DNA of 64,000 nt from Candidatus Omnitrophota bacterium. GTDB taxonomy: Bacteria > Omnitrophota > Omnitrophia > Omnitrophales > JACROU01. Under the pieces are notes generated by a model. That model searched no databases. It worked only from the letters and a program-made list of their open reading frames with translations, and was not told the DNA's origin. Numbering within the stretch: position 1 is the first letter of the stretch; every line of letters begins with the position of its first letter. A program made the translations under genes and the position numbers. Location: assembly GCA_029261035.1 (NCBI GenBank), contig JAJDCD010000004.1, positions 68,765 through 132,764 of the forward strand, read 5' to 3'. Shown here in pieces: positions 53,179-62,364 of the stretch.

Positions 53179-54063
53179 TTATTCTGAAAGAACTGGTTTT
53201 TCAGCTACTCTTAATTTAGCGCTTCGAGACTTAGAATTACTTAAAACCTCTTCTCGAGAAGGCTTAATCACTTTTTTGTTTATAATCTTAATCTCACCCA
53301 CACGATGCTTTTCTTTAAACATTCTCTTAACAATCCGATCTTCTAAAGAATGAAATGTCAGCACAGCGATTCGTCCATGAGGCTTCAAGAGTTGAATCGC
53401 TTTTGGGAGCGCTTCCTCAACAGCACCCAATTCATCATTAACTACTATTCTTAATGCTTGAAATACTTTCGTCGCGGGATGAATACGTCCCCGTCTTCCA
53501 AATTTTTTTTCAATGAGTTGACTCAATTCAAGGCAAGTACTAATTCGTTTTTTATGTCTCTCTTCCACGATAACCTTAGCAATACGTCTCGATCCACGCT
53601 CTTCACCATATTGCCAGAAAATATTAGCAAGGTCTTCCTCCGGTGTATCATTTATAAGATCGGCTGCTGTGAGAGGAGACTTAAGATCCATCCTCATATC
53701 CAAAGGACTATCCCACTGAAAACTAAACCCTCTAGTTTCACTTAAAATCTGATCTGAAGAGATTCCTAAATCAAAAAGAATGGCATCTATACTATCTATT
53801 TTAAGCTCTTTTAGCACATGATCTATCTGTCTAAAATTTGCTTCTATTAAATCGTAGTGTCCATCGAACTCTTTTAGGTTGAGCTTGGTTCTATCTATGG
53901 CTTCTCTATCTTGATCGATCCCAATCAAACGACCTTGAGGTGTAATCTTGCGAAGAATTTCTTTTGCATGCCCCCCACCTCCTAATGTCGCATCACAAAC
54001 AACATTTCCAGGCTTAAGACAAAGATGTTCTAGTATTTCTTCTGTTAAGATAGGTACATGCAA
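53179..54063 (-). CDS. rsmH: 16S rRNA m4C1402 methyltransferase
   Basis: DATLGGGGH, DLGISS, PLDMRM, HPATKVFQALRI, FHSLEDR. Confidence 0.97.
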   Translation of the reverse strand: MHVPILTEEILEHLCLKPGNVVCDATLGGGGHAKEILRKITPQGRLIGIDQDREAIDRTKLNLKEFDGHYDLIEANFRQIDHVLKELKIDSIDAILFDLGISSDQILSETRGFSFQWDSPLDMRMDLKSPLTAADLINDTPEEDLANIFWQYGEERGSRRIAKVIVEERHKKRISTCLELSQLIEKKFGRRGRIHPATKVFQALRIVVNDELGAVEEALPKAIQLLKPHGRIAVLTFHSLEDRIVKRMFKEKHRVGEIKIINKKVIKPSREEVLSNSKSRSAKLRVAEKPVLSE

Positions 54064-54082
54064 TAAAAGCCTCTTTTAATTT

Positions 54083-54427
54083 TTAGAAGCGTTTGAAGCT
54101 CTTAAGAGCGTCTTCACGGGATGTGAAGGTTTCGAAAAGTGATGCCACGCCCATACGATCCATAACACGAGAAACTTCAGGTCTTAATTGACAAAGCTTA
54201 ATATCCCCTTTTTTCTCTCTCATACGGATAAGCTTTTCAACAAGAATTCCGATACCAGCAACATCCATTTTCTTGGCTGATTTCAAATCAACAATAATCT
54301 TAAAATGTTTTTTATTCATTAAACGATTTACTTTGTTTTTTAGATTCACTACTTTGGCGGCTTGAAGATTGTCACACTCAAGAATATCTACATTCCTTAC
54401 TTTCCCTAGCCTTTTTGAAAATTGCAC
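54083..54427 (-). CDS. STAS-domain (anti-sigma antagonist-like) protein
   Basis: IIVDLK...MDVAGIGILV...GDIKL...LFETF..REDAL; SD GGAGGTG. Confidence 0.85.
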   Translation of the reverse strand: MQFSKRLGKVRNVDILECDNLQAAKVVNLKNKVNRLMNKKHFKIIVDLKSAKKMDVAGIGILVEKLIRMREKKGDIKLCQLRPEVSRVMDRMGVASLFETFTSREDALKSFKRF

Positions 54428-54451
54428 CCTTCACCTCCCCTATTTTTTATA

Positions 54452-54892
54452 TTATTCTTTATCGATAAGTTTTTCAGCCAATGTTTCAAATGATTCTATA
54501 GAATCATCAAAAAAACTTTTCCACTTCTCTTTAGACCAAATTTCAACACGGTCAGAAACTCCAACAACCATAACTTCGTCTTTAATAAAAGCGTAATCAA
54601 ACAAGTACTGTGGAATTAAAATACGGCCTTGCGCATCACATACAACTTCGCTAGCACCGGAAAAGTAAAGTCTGTTAAACTTTCGAGCTTCACCTTTCGT
54701 AAAGGAAAGATCTTTGAATTTTTTTTCTTGGAGCTTCCACTCTTCTTCGGTAAACAAAAATAAACACTTATCCAACCCACGAGTAATATACAGTTTGTCT
54801 GTATAGCGATCTTTGTAGATCTCTCGGAATTTAGAAGGAATGATCAACCTCCCCTTCTTATCAATATTGTGCTCAAATTCACCATAAAACAT
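54452..54892 (-). CDS. mraZ: Division/cell-wall cluster repressor MraZ
   Basis: MFYGEFEHNIDKKGRLIIP, DAQGRILIP, RVEIW. Confidence 0.97.
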   Translation of the reverse strand: MFYGEFEHNIDKKGRLIIPSKFREIYKDRYTDKLYITRGLDKCLFLFTEEEWKLQEKKFKDLSFTKGEARKFNRLYFSGASEVVCDAQGRILIPQYLFDYAFIKDEVMVVGVSDRVEIWSKEKWKSFFDDSIESFETLAEKLIDKE

Positions 54893-54897
54893 ATTTA

Positions 54898-54924
54898 CCA
54901 CTTTCCTCCACTTTTCACCACTTT
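54898..54924 (-). promoter_or_regulatory. MraZ-binding repeats
   Basis: AAAGTGG three times at 10-bp spacing directly upstream of mraZ. Confidence 0.85.
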
Positions 54925-54937
54925 GTTGACTTGATGT

Positions 54938-54966
54938 AGTATATTTACTTAAGGGTATGACGTCAA
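54938..54966 (-). promoter_or_regulatory. sigma70 promoter of the mraZ operon
   Basis: TTGACG-N17-TATACT. Confidence 0.75.
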
Positions 54967-55048
54967 CCAGTTTTTTATATGGGATTGAACTTTTATTGCG
55001 CCAATTTGGCACATTCTAATTTGATAGAAGATGGCCGTAATTTAGGAC

Positions 55049-55113
55049 AAAAAAAAGGGTGGAGATCACACACACCCTACTGCTTACCAGCAGCTGGTTG
55101 TAATCACCACCCT
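55049..55113 (-). terminator. Branched terminator / candidate small RNA
   Basis: AGGGTGG-GATTACA paired with TGTGATC-CCACCCT, inner hairpin CTGCT-GGTA-AGCAG, then a T8 run. Confidence 0.6.
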
Positions 55114-55190
55114 AATTTCTAAATTTAATTAAGTGAAATATCGGCTAAAACAGGAACCTTAAGATCTACAAAACTATAGGAGAGATCGAA

Positions 55191-55901
55191 TTAATTCTCG
55201 AATAAAATACGGGTGCAGTTTTCACAGCAAACAACATCCCTTTGGAGTTTAACTTCATTAATTATTTGAGGTCTTAATTGCACATGACAGGCTCCACAAA
55301 TGTCTCCTGTAATACTTGCCATAGCAACACCTTCTCTTTTCTTTAAAATCTTGTCGTACAATTCTTTCACTTCTTTTTCAATAGGCTCTAAATTTTTTAA
55401 GCGTTCTTTCTGAAGAGATTCTATCTTAACCTTTGCCTCAGAAGCTTCTTTTTCCAACCCTTGCTTTTGTTGCTTTAATTTTGCTTCTTCTTCATCTAAC
55501 TTTTTCTTTTCAATATTTTTCTCTTGGTTGAGTTCTTCAACTTTATCCCACTCACCTAACAGGGCTTCTTCAACCATAGCTTTATCTGCTTTAATCGAAG
55601 ATATTTGCTCTAGCATTGCAGCGTATTCTTTGTTGGTCTTAAGTTGAACCAGTTGCCCATCCAACTTAGTCATTTCATCATCCTTCTTACCTAAATCTAA
55701 TTCTTCTTCTTTTATCTTTAACTTTAATTGGATCACCTTCTCATCCAACTCATTAAACGTCTGCTTCTTTAACTCAAATTCATTATCTAACTCTTCCAAC
55801 CTCTCAGGTAAACCCTCCAAAAAAACTTCTAAATCATAAATTTCTTTATCCAAAACCTGAACCGATTTAAGTATGTCTATATCTTTATTTACCTCTGTCA
55901 T
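55191..55901 (-). CDS. Coiled-coil plus C4 zinc-ribbon protein (DUF164; HP0958/CT398-like)
   Basis: Long coil, TNKEY, CGACHVQL...CENCTRILF. Confidence 0.9.
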   Translation of the reverse strand: MTEVNKDIDILKSVQVLDKEIYDLEVFLEGLPERLEELDNEFELKKQTFNELDEKVIQLKLKIKEEELDLGKKDDEMTKLDGQLVQLKTNKEYAAMLEQISSIKADKAMVEEALLGEWDKVEELNQEKNIEKKKLDEEEAKLKQQKQGLEKEASEAKVKIESLQKERLKNLEPIEKEVKELYDKILKKREGVAMASITGDICGACHVQLRPQIINEVKLQRDVVCCENCTRILFEN

Positions 55902-55999
55902 TCTCAGTATCCTCTTTTATCACTAGAATTAAATATAGGGCACAAAAGCACAATAAGCCTATACAAGGTGACTACCCTTGAATCACCAAATAGCCTCAT

Positions 56000-56027
56000 A
56001 TTATAGTGGCATACTTGAGTACGTCAA
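56000..56027 (-). promoter_or_regulatory. sigma70 promoter of the zinc-ribbon gene
   Basis: TTGACG-N16-TATAAT. Confidence 0.7.
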
Positions 56028-56039
56028 CATCGAATACCG

Positions 56040-56705
56040 TTAAAGGTTCATCTGATGTAGATCAGATTCTAGCTCCATAAAACTGGCTAATTCTGACTCT
56101 GTGAGACGGCCCATTTTATAAAAAAATGAGGTCAGGGAGATATCGCTGGCTTTGATGCTACTCTCGTCAGCACTTACATTCTCATGCTGTTGAGATTCTC
56201 TTTCTACTGGCTGGTTTAAAGGGGCTACTTCTTCATATTCTTGCGTATTTTGATTGTGAATATCTTGCTCCAAAGCAGAGTCTAAATTTTTCTTTAAGCA
56301 TTCTTCCACTAAGACTCTATCTTCTTTCTGAGATAATGTAAGCTCAAAAATCTCAATCTTATCTTCAATCGATGAACATGTTTGAATAAGACCTGCAGAA
56401 ATGCGCTCACCCACAATAACCAATCGGGTTTCGTTGGACTGTTCCAATCCAATCACTAAATGTTGCCACTTTACTTTGAATTCTAAAAGAGGAAGTAATA
56501 CATCAAGTTCATAGGCAGGTTTCCACAAACACACAAAAATTAAACTTCCCTCTTTTTGTAAGATCCATGTAATTTCTTCTTTTGATAACCATGAAGGAAT
56601 ATCTTGAAATGTGTAATTTGGATAAATCTCTTCGATAACAGATTTGGCGATAGGTTTCAGTTGTTCAACATCCGTTCCTAAAGATTTTACAAATTGAATT
56701 TTCAT
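56040..56705 (-). CDS. Hypothetical protein, third gene of the ParA-CBM operon
   Basis: 221-aa ORF 9 nt after the previous gene; alpha/beta N-domain, acidic linker, C-terminal helix RLTESELASFMELE. Confidence 0.7.
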   Translation of the reverse strand: MKIQFVKSLGTDVEQLKPIAKSVIEEIYPNYTFQDIPSWLSKEEITWILQKEGSLIFVCLWKPAYELDVLLPLLEFKVKWQHLVIGLEQSNETRLVIVGERISAGLIQTCSSIEDKIEIFELTLSQKEDRVLVEECLKKNLDSALEQDIHNQNTQEYEEVAPLNQPVERESQQHENVSADESSIKASDISLTSFFYKMGRLTESELASFMELESDLHQMNL

Positions 56706-56714
56706 AATGAATAC

Positions 56715-57587
56715 CTATACCTTAACAAATGTAGATTCTAATTTATTCAAAAATCGAATTTGGTCTAATGAACCTACTTTAATTTTTTGCTTTGCAACTT
56801 GAGACTTAAATAAAACATCCCAATTTAACTTTGAAATGGCATTAGAAGAAATTCCAATTTTTTCCATCTTTGTCGACACAGCTCCAATACACCGAAGCGA
56901 AACAACTAAGTATTGAGAAACAATCTCTGAAAATCTAGAAAACACCTTCTCAACATCATCATCTGTCATTACAGCATCAAAGATGATAAACACTTCCAAT
57001 TCTTGATTCACATACTGACAGGATTTAATAATTTTATAAGCACTTTCTAGCTCATAGGCTAAAGGCTGAACAACCAGAACTAATTTATCCAAAACCTTTA
57101 TAAGTTGTTCAATGCCCATATTTTCATTTCGAAAAGGGTCTAAAGCAATCAAAGAGCCTGGCATAGCCATAGAATGCATTTGCTTTTTTTGATTATCGAT
57201 TTCATGGCTGCCTTCCGGATAAGTTTCTTCCGAAATATCAAGCCAATAAAAATTATTGATTAACTTTTGTTTTTTTTCATTCCGATACACCCAGTCATAT
57301 TCTGAATTTTTAAATAAGCTTTCCACCATCTCAATGTCTCGAGATAAGGGTTGGCTAGTAACAAAATAGGTCTGCTCATAATATTGAGATAAAAAAGAAG
57401 AAAAAAGAAGATTGAAAATTAGAGTTTCTTCTTCTCGAAAAGGAGAAACGAAACTAACTAATTGCGACTTATTTAATGATTTAGTAGGCTCTTTTTTTTG
57501 AGACACTTCTCCGCTCGAAGAGGCTTTCGAAAGAAAAACATCAACAACTTGTTTTAGTTCATTTTTAGATTTCTGGGGTTCGCTCAT
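56715..57587 (-). CDS. Degenerate MinD/FlhG-like P-loop-fold protein without Walker A
   Basis: DKLVLVVQP...ESAYKIIK and FSRFSEIVSQYL resemble the FlhG/FleN C-half; VSFVSPFREEET replaces SGKGGVGKT. Confidence 0.65.
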   Translation of the reverse strand: MSEPQKSKNELKQVVDVFLSKASSSGEVSQKKEPTKSLNKSQLVSFVSPFREEETLIFNLLFSSFLSQYYEQTYFVTSQPLSRDIEMVESLFKNSEYDWVYRNEKKQKLINNFYWLDISEETYPEGSHEIDNQKKQMHSMAMPGSLIALDPFRNENMGIEQLIKVLDKLVLVVQPLAYELESAYKIIKSCQYVNQELEVFIIFDAVMTDDDVEKVFSRFSEIVSQYLVVSLRCIGAVSTKMEKIGISSNAISKLNWDVLFKSQVAKQKIKVGSLDQIRFLNKLESTFVKV

Positions 57588-58878
57588 TAATCGTCTCTTG
57601 TATCGATTTGTTAGTCGTGTCTATAACAGAATCAATTCCACCGTAGACATTAGATTCTGTTAAATTGTTGTTAGGATCAACCATCCATTCTCCGTCGACA
57701 ATAAATTTGTAACGATACTTTCCTGGTGTTAAGGGAATATACTTTCTCCACATACCCTTTTCCCCATCTGAGCACTCCATTGCTTCATTAACCCAATTAT
57801 TAAAATCACCTGCAATTTGCACCATCTTAGCATTCTTTTCTAAATACCCGAACTGAACTCCATTTTCTTCTAAAACAGGGTACATCTCACTTTCATTCTG
57901 GATATGACTCATTTGCTCCAGAAAAGACTCTTCCTCTGATTTTGCTGGATCTTCAGGACTACCCTCCTTAAAAAAAGCCTTCTCAAATTCTTCAGATAGT
58001 TTTTCTTTGCTCATTCCATTAGTACTATTTAACGGCTCTTCTTCCGATTCTAAGGTTGAATCTAAATGAGCATTAGAATCATTAACTTCATCCTTCTGTT
58101 CTTTTAAGAAAATTTCTGATTTTTTTTCAATCAGCTCGGAGGCCAGGCTTACATAATCATGAAAACCCTTACTCTTTCGATCAAAATCACAAATAGACAT
58201 CCCTGCAGTAATGGCCTCTTTCAATTTAATATTTTGATGAATCACTGTATTAAAAAGCTCCTGACCACACTCTGCTTGTAACTGAGCCAATATGCTTTTA
58301 TTAAAGTTAGAATTTGAATTAAACATAGTGAGCAAAACATGAACCTTAGCTGAATGCTTTAAGGTTTCTTCAATTAATTGCACTGTCTCTTTTATCTTTC
58401 TAAAGCCTTGAACCGAAAAATCAGAAGGCTCGACAGGAACAATCAATTCTTGAGAAGCTCGAAGGGCATTAAAGGTAAGTAAACCAAGATTCGGAGGGCA
58501 ATCAATAATGACATAATCGTATTGATCTCCTACAGACAAAACTTTTTCCATCAACTTTTCTTCTCTACCATAAACTCCAGATAACTGTTGTTCAATGGCA
58601 CTCAAAATAATCTGCGATGGAACTAAATGAAAGTTAGAATTAATGTAAAGAACAATTTCTTCTAAAGAGGTTGCCACCTGCGCAGGGCTTAAAACATCAT
58701 ATAAACTTTTTTGAATTTTATCCGTATCGTAACCCAAACCCATTGTGGAATGACCTTGTGGGTCCAAGTCAATCAGAAGTGTTCTTTTTCCTAAAAAGGA
58801 TAAACTAGAAGCAAGATTAATTGACGTTGTAGTCTTTCCACAGCCACCCTTTTGATTCGCAATCGAAATCACTCTCAT
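57565..58878 (-). CDS. ParA/Soj ATPase fused to a C-terminal AMPK-beta-type CBM48 glycogen-binding module
   Basis: NQKGGCGKTT, DLDPQG, IDCPP; acidic linker; AGDFNNW...W...GKYRYKFIVDGEWMVDP. Confidence 0.92.
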   Translation of the reverse strand: MRVISIANQKGGCGKTTTSINLASSLSFLGKRTLLIDLDPQGHSTMGLGYDTDKIQKSLYDVLSPAQVATSLEEIVLYINSNFHLVPSQIILSAIEQQLSGVYGREEKLMEKVLSVGDQYDYVIIDCPPNLGLLTFNALRASQELIVPVEPSDFSVQGFRKIKETVQLIEETLKHSAKVHVLLTMFNSNSNFNKSILAQLQAECGQELFNTVIHQNIKLKEAITAGMSICDFDRKSKGFHDYVSLASELIEKKSEIFLKEQKDEVNDSNAHLDSTLESEEEPLNSTNGMSKEKLSEEFEKAFFKEGSPEDPAKSEEESFLEQMSHIQNESEMYPVLEENGVQFGYLEKNAKMVQIAGDFNNWVNEAMECSDGEKGMWRKYIPLTPGKYRYKFIVDGEWMVDPNNNLTESNVYGGIDSVIDTTNKSIQETINERTPEI

Positions 58879-59008
58879 AGACGTCTCCTTGCCCTAACAT
58901 ACACACACTTTTAGAGCTCTGCTATTATAGCAAAGGTTCTTTGAAAGGCGCACTTATTTTAAGTAAAAAGACTCAAACCTTTTTAAGAACTTTTTTAATG
59001 CATCTATT

Positions 59009-60271
59009 CTAAGATTGTATTTTGTCTTGAGGTTTATTTTGACTCTTAATTTCTTTTTTGATTCTGGAATCGTAGTATGCAAACATATTTTTTTTAAACG
59101 CGTTCAAAAAAGCATCTACAACTTTAGGATGGAATTGCTTACCTTTGTTTGTTTCTAGTTCATTAATTGCAAAATCCAGCGGAAAACCTTTTTTATAACA
59201 TCGAGACGATATCATGGCATGAAAAGCATCTACAACAGAGATAATTGAAGACTCAATAGGAATTTCATCTCCTTTAATCCCCCTAGGATAACCCGATCCA
59301 TCATAGTTTTCATGATGACAACGAATAATATCCGACACTTCTTTAAAGTCTGTTAAGGGTTCTAAAATCTTAACTCCTTTATCCACATGTTCTTTCATAA
59401 TGCTCCATTCTTCCTCATTTAGACTCCCCTCTTTCTTCAAAACCGAGTCTGGTATTCCAATCTTACCCACATCATGTAATCTCAAAGAAGCGGACAGAAC
59501 AACTCGTTTTTTTCCAGATAAGTCTAATCCCAATTCCTCCGCTGTCATAATACCTAACTTTTCCACAGCTTCTAAATGCCCAAATGTGGAAGAATCTTTC
59601 ATTCGTACTTCCTGTGCTAAAGACAACATAATTTCATAATAGGTCTGTTGTTCTTTATCTCTCAAAACTTTGTTCTCTTTTAGTTTTTCTTCTAACTCTG
59701 CATTACGTTTAACCAACTCCGTTTGTGTTTCAGCATTTTTAATAGTCATAGCAGAATCATTGGCTAGAGTTTCAAAAAACTGAATTTCTTCCTCCAAAAA
59801 ATCTTCCCCTGTTTTTTTATTCCCCAAAATAAGAATCCCCAAAAGCTCTTCATGATAAAAACAAGGAATACACAACGATGCATTCAAAGAGATCATCAAC
59901 TCTTTAATTTTTTCAATTTCTTTTAAATCTTGTGGACTTAATTCAGAATGCTTAACGCGATTAAACGATTTTAATTTCTTCAAACAAAAATAACCTTCCA
60001 ATATCTGCAACTTATCTTTCTTTTCAAGAAACCATAGAATGAGAGGGTGATCTAAATCAATCCGCACCAAATGAATAGGAATTCTATCCTTACCCTTAGA
60101 ATCAATAAAAGAGTATCTCTGCTTCGAAGATTCATACACAAGCATGCTCGCTTGAGTCAAATTTGATTCGCGTGCTATAAAGCGAACCACCATCCTCAAA
60201 AGATTATTAGGGTTTTTAAATCGAACCATACTTCTTGCAGCATTTTTTAACGCTTCTGAATAATTAATCAT
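59009..60271 (-). CDS. GAF plus HD-GYP cyclic-dinucleotide phosphodiesterase
   Basis: GAF-like LCIPC..LLGILILG; HDVGKIG, HHENYDGSGYP, VVDAFHAM. Confidence 0.9.
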   Translation of the reverse strand: MINYSEALKNAARSMVRFKNPNNLLRMVVRFIARESNLTQASMLVYESSKQRYSFIDSKGKDRIPIHLVRIDLDHPLILWFLEKKDKLQILEGYFCLKKLKSFNRVKHSELSPQDLKEIEKIKELMISLNASLCIPCFYHEELLGILILGNKKTGEDFLEEEIQFFETLANDSAMTIKNAETQTELVKRNAELEEKLKENKVLRDKEQQTYYEIMLSLAQEVRMKDSSTFGHLEAVEKLGIMTAEELGLDLSGKKRVVLSASLRLHDVGKIGIPDSVLKKEGSLNEEEWSIMKEHVDKGVKILEPLTDFKEVSDIIRCHHENYDGSGYPRGIKGDEIPIESSIISVVDAFHAMISSRCYKKGFPLDFAINELETNKGKQFHPKVVDAFLNAFKKNMFAYYDSRIKKEIKSQNKPQDKIQS

Positions 60272-60300
60272 AACCTCTCAACACCTTTCCTTAAGTAAGC

Positions 60301-60666
60301 CTAAGCAATCGAAGCTAATTTCTGACGCACATCATTTTCTAAATACTCTAAACTCAACGGTTTAGTAATGTAGTTATCCGCACCCATACGAACAGCTTCT
60401 TCAATTTTTTCTGTCGTTTCAATAGCCGTTACCATAATCACCTTAACCTTTGGGTACTTATCTTTAATTTCCTTCAATACCTGAAGACCATCAATCCCAG
60501 GCATTTTAATATCTAAAAGACACACATCCGGTTGAACTTGGGCTATTTTTTCAAGAGCATCAAAACCAGAACATGCCGTATCTACACTAAACTCTCTTTC
60601 TTCAAAAAAACATTTAAGGAAATCACAAATTTCCTCTTCATCATCCACAACTAGCAATTTAACCAT
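60301..60666 (-). CDS. Stand-alone response regulator receiver
   Basis: VVDDE, LLDIKMPG, MVTA, YITKP. Confidence 0.93.
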   Translation of the reverse strand: MVKLLVVDDEEEICDFLKCFFEEREFSVDTACSGFDALEKIAQVQPDVCLLDIKMPGIDGLQVLKEIKDKYPKVKVIMVTAIETTEKIEEAVRMGADNYITKPLSLEYLENDVRQKLASIA

Positions 60667-60682
60667 AATTACTCCCCTTTGT

Positions 60683-62230
60683 TTATTTACCTTGATCTAA
60701 CACAACCGATTCTAAATCATTACGAGAATCAGCCTCATCTTGAACCATCTCGTTTTCTACTTCTATCATCATTGGCAAACGAATACTCACACAAGTGCCA
60801 CGACTCGGGTCACTCTCGATGGAGATCCCCCCTTTATTTCTTTGAATAATCCTTTGAACGACAAATAACCCCAAACCTAAACTATTATGTTTGGTTGTAT
60901 AAAAGGCGTCAAAAACATTTGATATCACCTGATCCTCAATTCCACACCCCGTATCCTCAACCCTTATCTCAAGAATCCCTTCAGCGGCATCATGTTTCAA
61001 AATAACCGTAATTTCCCCTTCTTGCTCTACGGACTGAACCGCATTTAATATCAAGTTCAGAAAAACTTCTCTAAACTCATCCAAATGACCTTTGAATTTA
61101 GGCAAATCACTGTCGATCTCTTTTTGAATATTTATCTTTTCCAGAGAAGTCTGATAAGAAATTAACTCAAATGTATCGTCAATAATTGTTTCAAAAGGAA
61201 TTTGCTCTTCATGCTCAGGACTTGTTCTAGAAAATAAGAGTAATTTCCTCGTAATATCGGCTGCCCTAGTTGTTTGTTCAACGATCCCTTTTAAATCCTC
61301 TTCAGATTTTTGAGTTAGAAAATTTTTTCCCTTATTCAAAAGTAACATTTGAGCTTTTCCAGAAATAATCGTTAATGGATTATGAATTTCGTGAGCAATT
61401 CCTGTCGCCAATTGTTCCATCGCTGAAAATTTATTAGAATGCATAATATGAGACTGAAATTCTTTAAGTTCCTCATATTGGCTTCTGATGTGTTCGTATT
61501 TAATCGCATTCTGTAAACTCGTATTTAATTTCATAGCAAAATCGTTGAAGAGTCTTAACTCGTTATGAAAGAAAGGTGTATGGGATGGTTTAGAACTTAC
61601 CGAAATAAATGCTTTTAATTCCCCCTTATCCAGGATGGGAATGATTAGCTGCGCTCTAAGAAGCTCAAAATCCGAATTCAACTGAGATGCCTCAGGCCAA
61701 TTCATGGACTTCAATGTATTATCTCTTAAAATTGGAAATCTACTATTTTCTAACTCCTCCACAAGCTTAGAATTCGTATCTATCTTAATTTTCTTTGAAT
61801 CATTAAGGTTAAACCCGACAAGAGAGCGTGGAACAAATTTTCGAAGCCCCTCATCTTTAACAAGAAACGCAACATGCTTAACATTGAAAAGGTCATAAAA
61901 CGTATTAACTAATAAATTAGAAAATTCCCTTAAATCCAAACTCGCATTCAGATCTTCGATAGAGTTTATCAAAATACTCTGAAAACCAACCTTCTCCTTA
62001 AAAATAAACTCACGAAAAACAAAATTTAAAAAGTGATCTAAAGGTTTATAAGCAATTATGCAAACAATGATGATAAGTCCGACGTCAGATGCGAACTGTA
62101 AGGAAGGTTTTACAGGAAGAAAGGTAAAAACAATATTTTTAAGTTGTAAAATGGCTATCGATAAAAAGAATAAGCTGATAAGCTTCATCCCTTTTTTTAA
62201 AGCAATTTTACGTTTCCTTAGATATAGCAT
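60683..62230 (-). CDS. Membrane GAF sensor histidine kinase
   Basis: Two TMs, GAF, AHEIHNPL H-box, NLILNA, DTGCGI, GLGL. Confidence 0.93.
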   Translation of the reverse strand: MLYLRKRKIALKKGMKLISLFFLSIAILQLKNIVFTFLPVKPSLQFASDVGLIIIVCIIAYKPLDHFLNFVFREFIFKEKVGFQSILINSIEDLNASLDLREFSNLLVNTFYDLFNVKHVAFLVKDEGLRKFVPRSLVGFNLNDSKKIKIDTNSKLVEELENSRFPILRDNTLKSMNWPEASQLNSDFELLRAQLIIPILDKGELKAFISVSSKPSHTPFFHNELRLFNDFAMKLNTSLQNAIKYEHIRSQYEELKEFQSHIMHSNKFSAMEQLATGIAHEIHNPLTIISGKAQMLLLNKGKNFLTQKSEEDLKGIVEQTTRAADITRKLLLFSRTSPEHEEQIPFETIIDDTFELISYQTSLEKINIQKEIDSDLPKFKGHLDEFREVFLNLILNAVQSVEQEGEITVILKHDAAEGILEIRVEDTGCGIEDQVISNVFDAFYTTKHNSLGLGLFVVQRIIQRNKGGISIESDPSRGTCVSIRLPMMIEVENEMVQDEADSRNDLESVVLDQGK

Positions 62231-62364
62231 AGGCCTCCTTTTGAAATGCCTAATACTAAAACTGGAAAAAAAATTATTTATCTGAATGCTGTTTGGATAT
62301 CAAAAATACGCCCGAGAATGAAACTCTATAAAAAAAGATAACTCAAACACTTCCAGAAGTCAAA

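Noticed and set aside
54893-55012. N-terminal extension of mraZ
   Set aside because: Covers the promoter and MraZ boxes; the canonical start is MFYGE at 54892
57565-58878. Chromosome-partition parA/soj
   Set aside because: No adjacent parB, no parS-like palindrome noticed, extra CBM domain, altered DNA-binding residues
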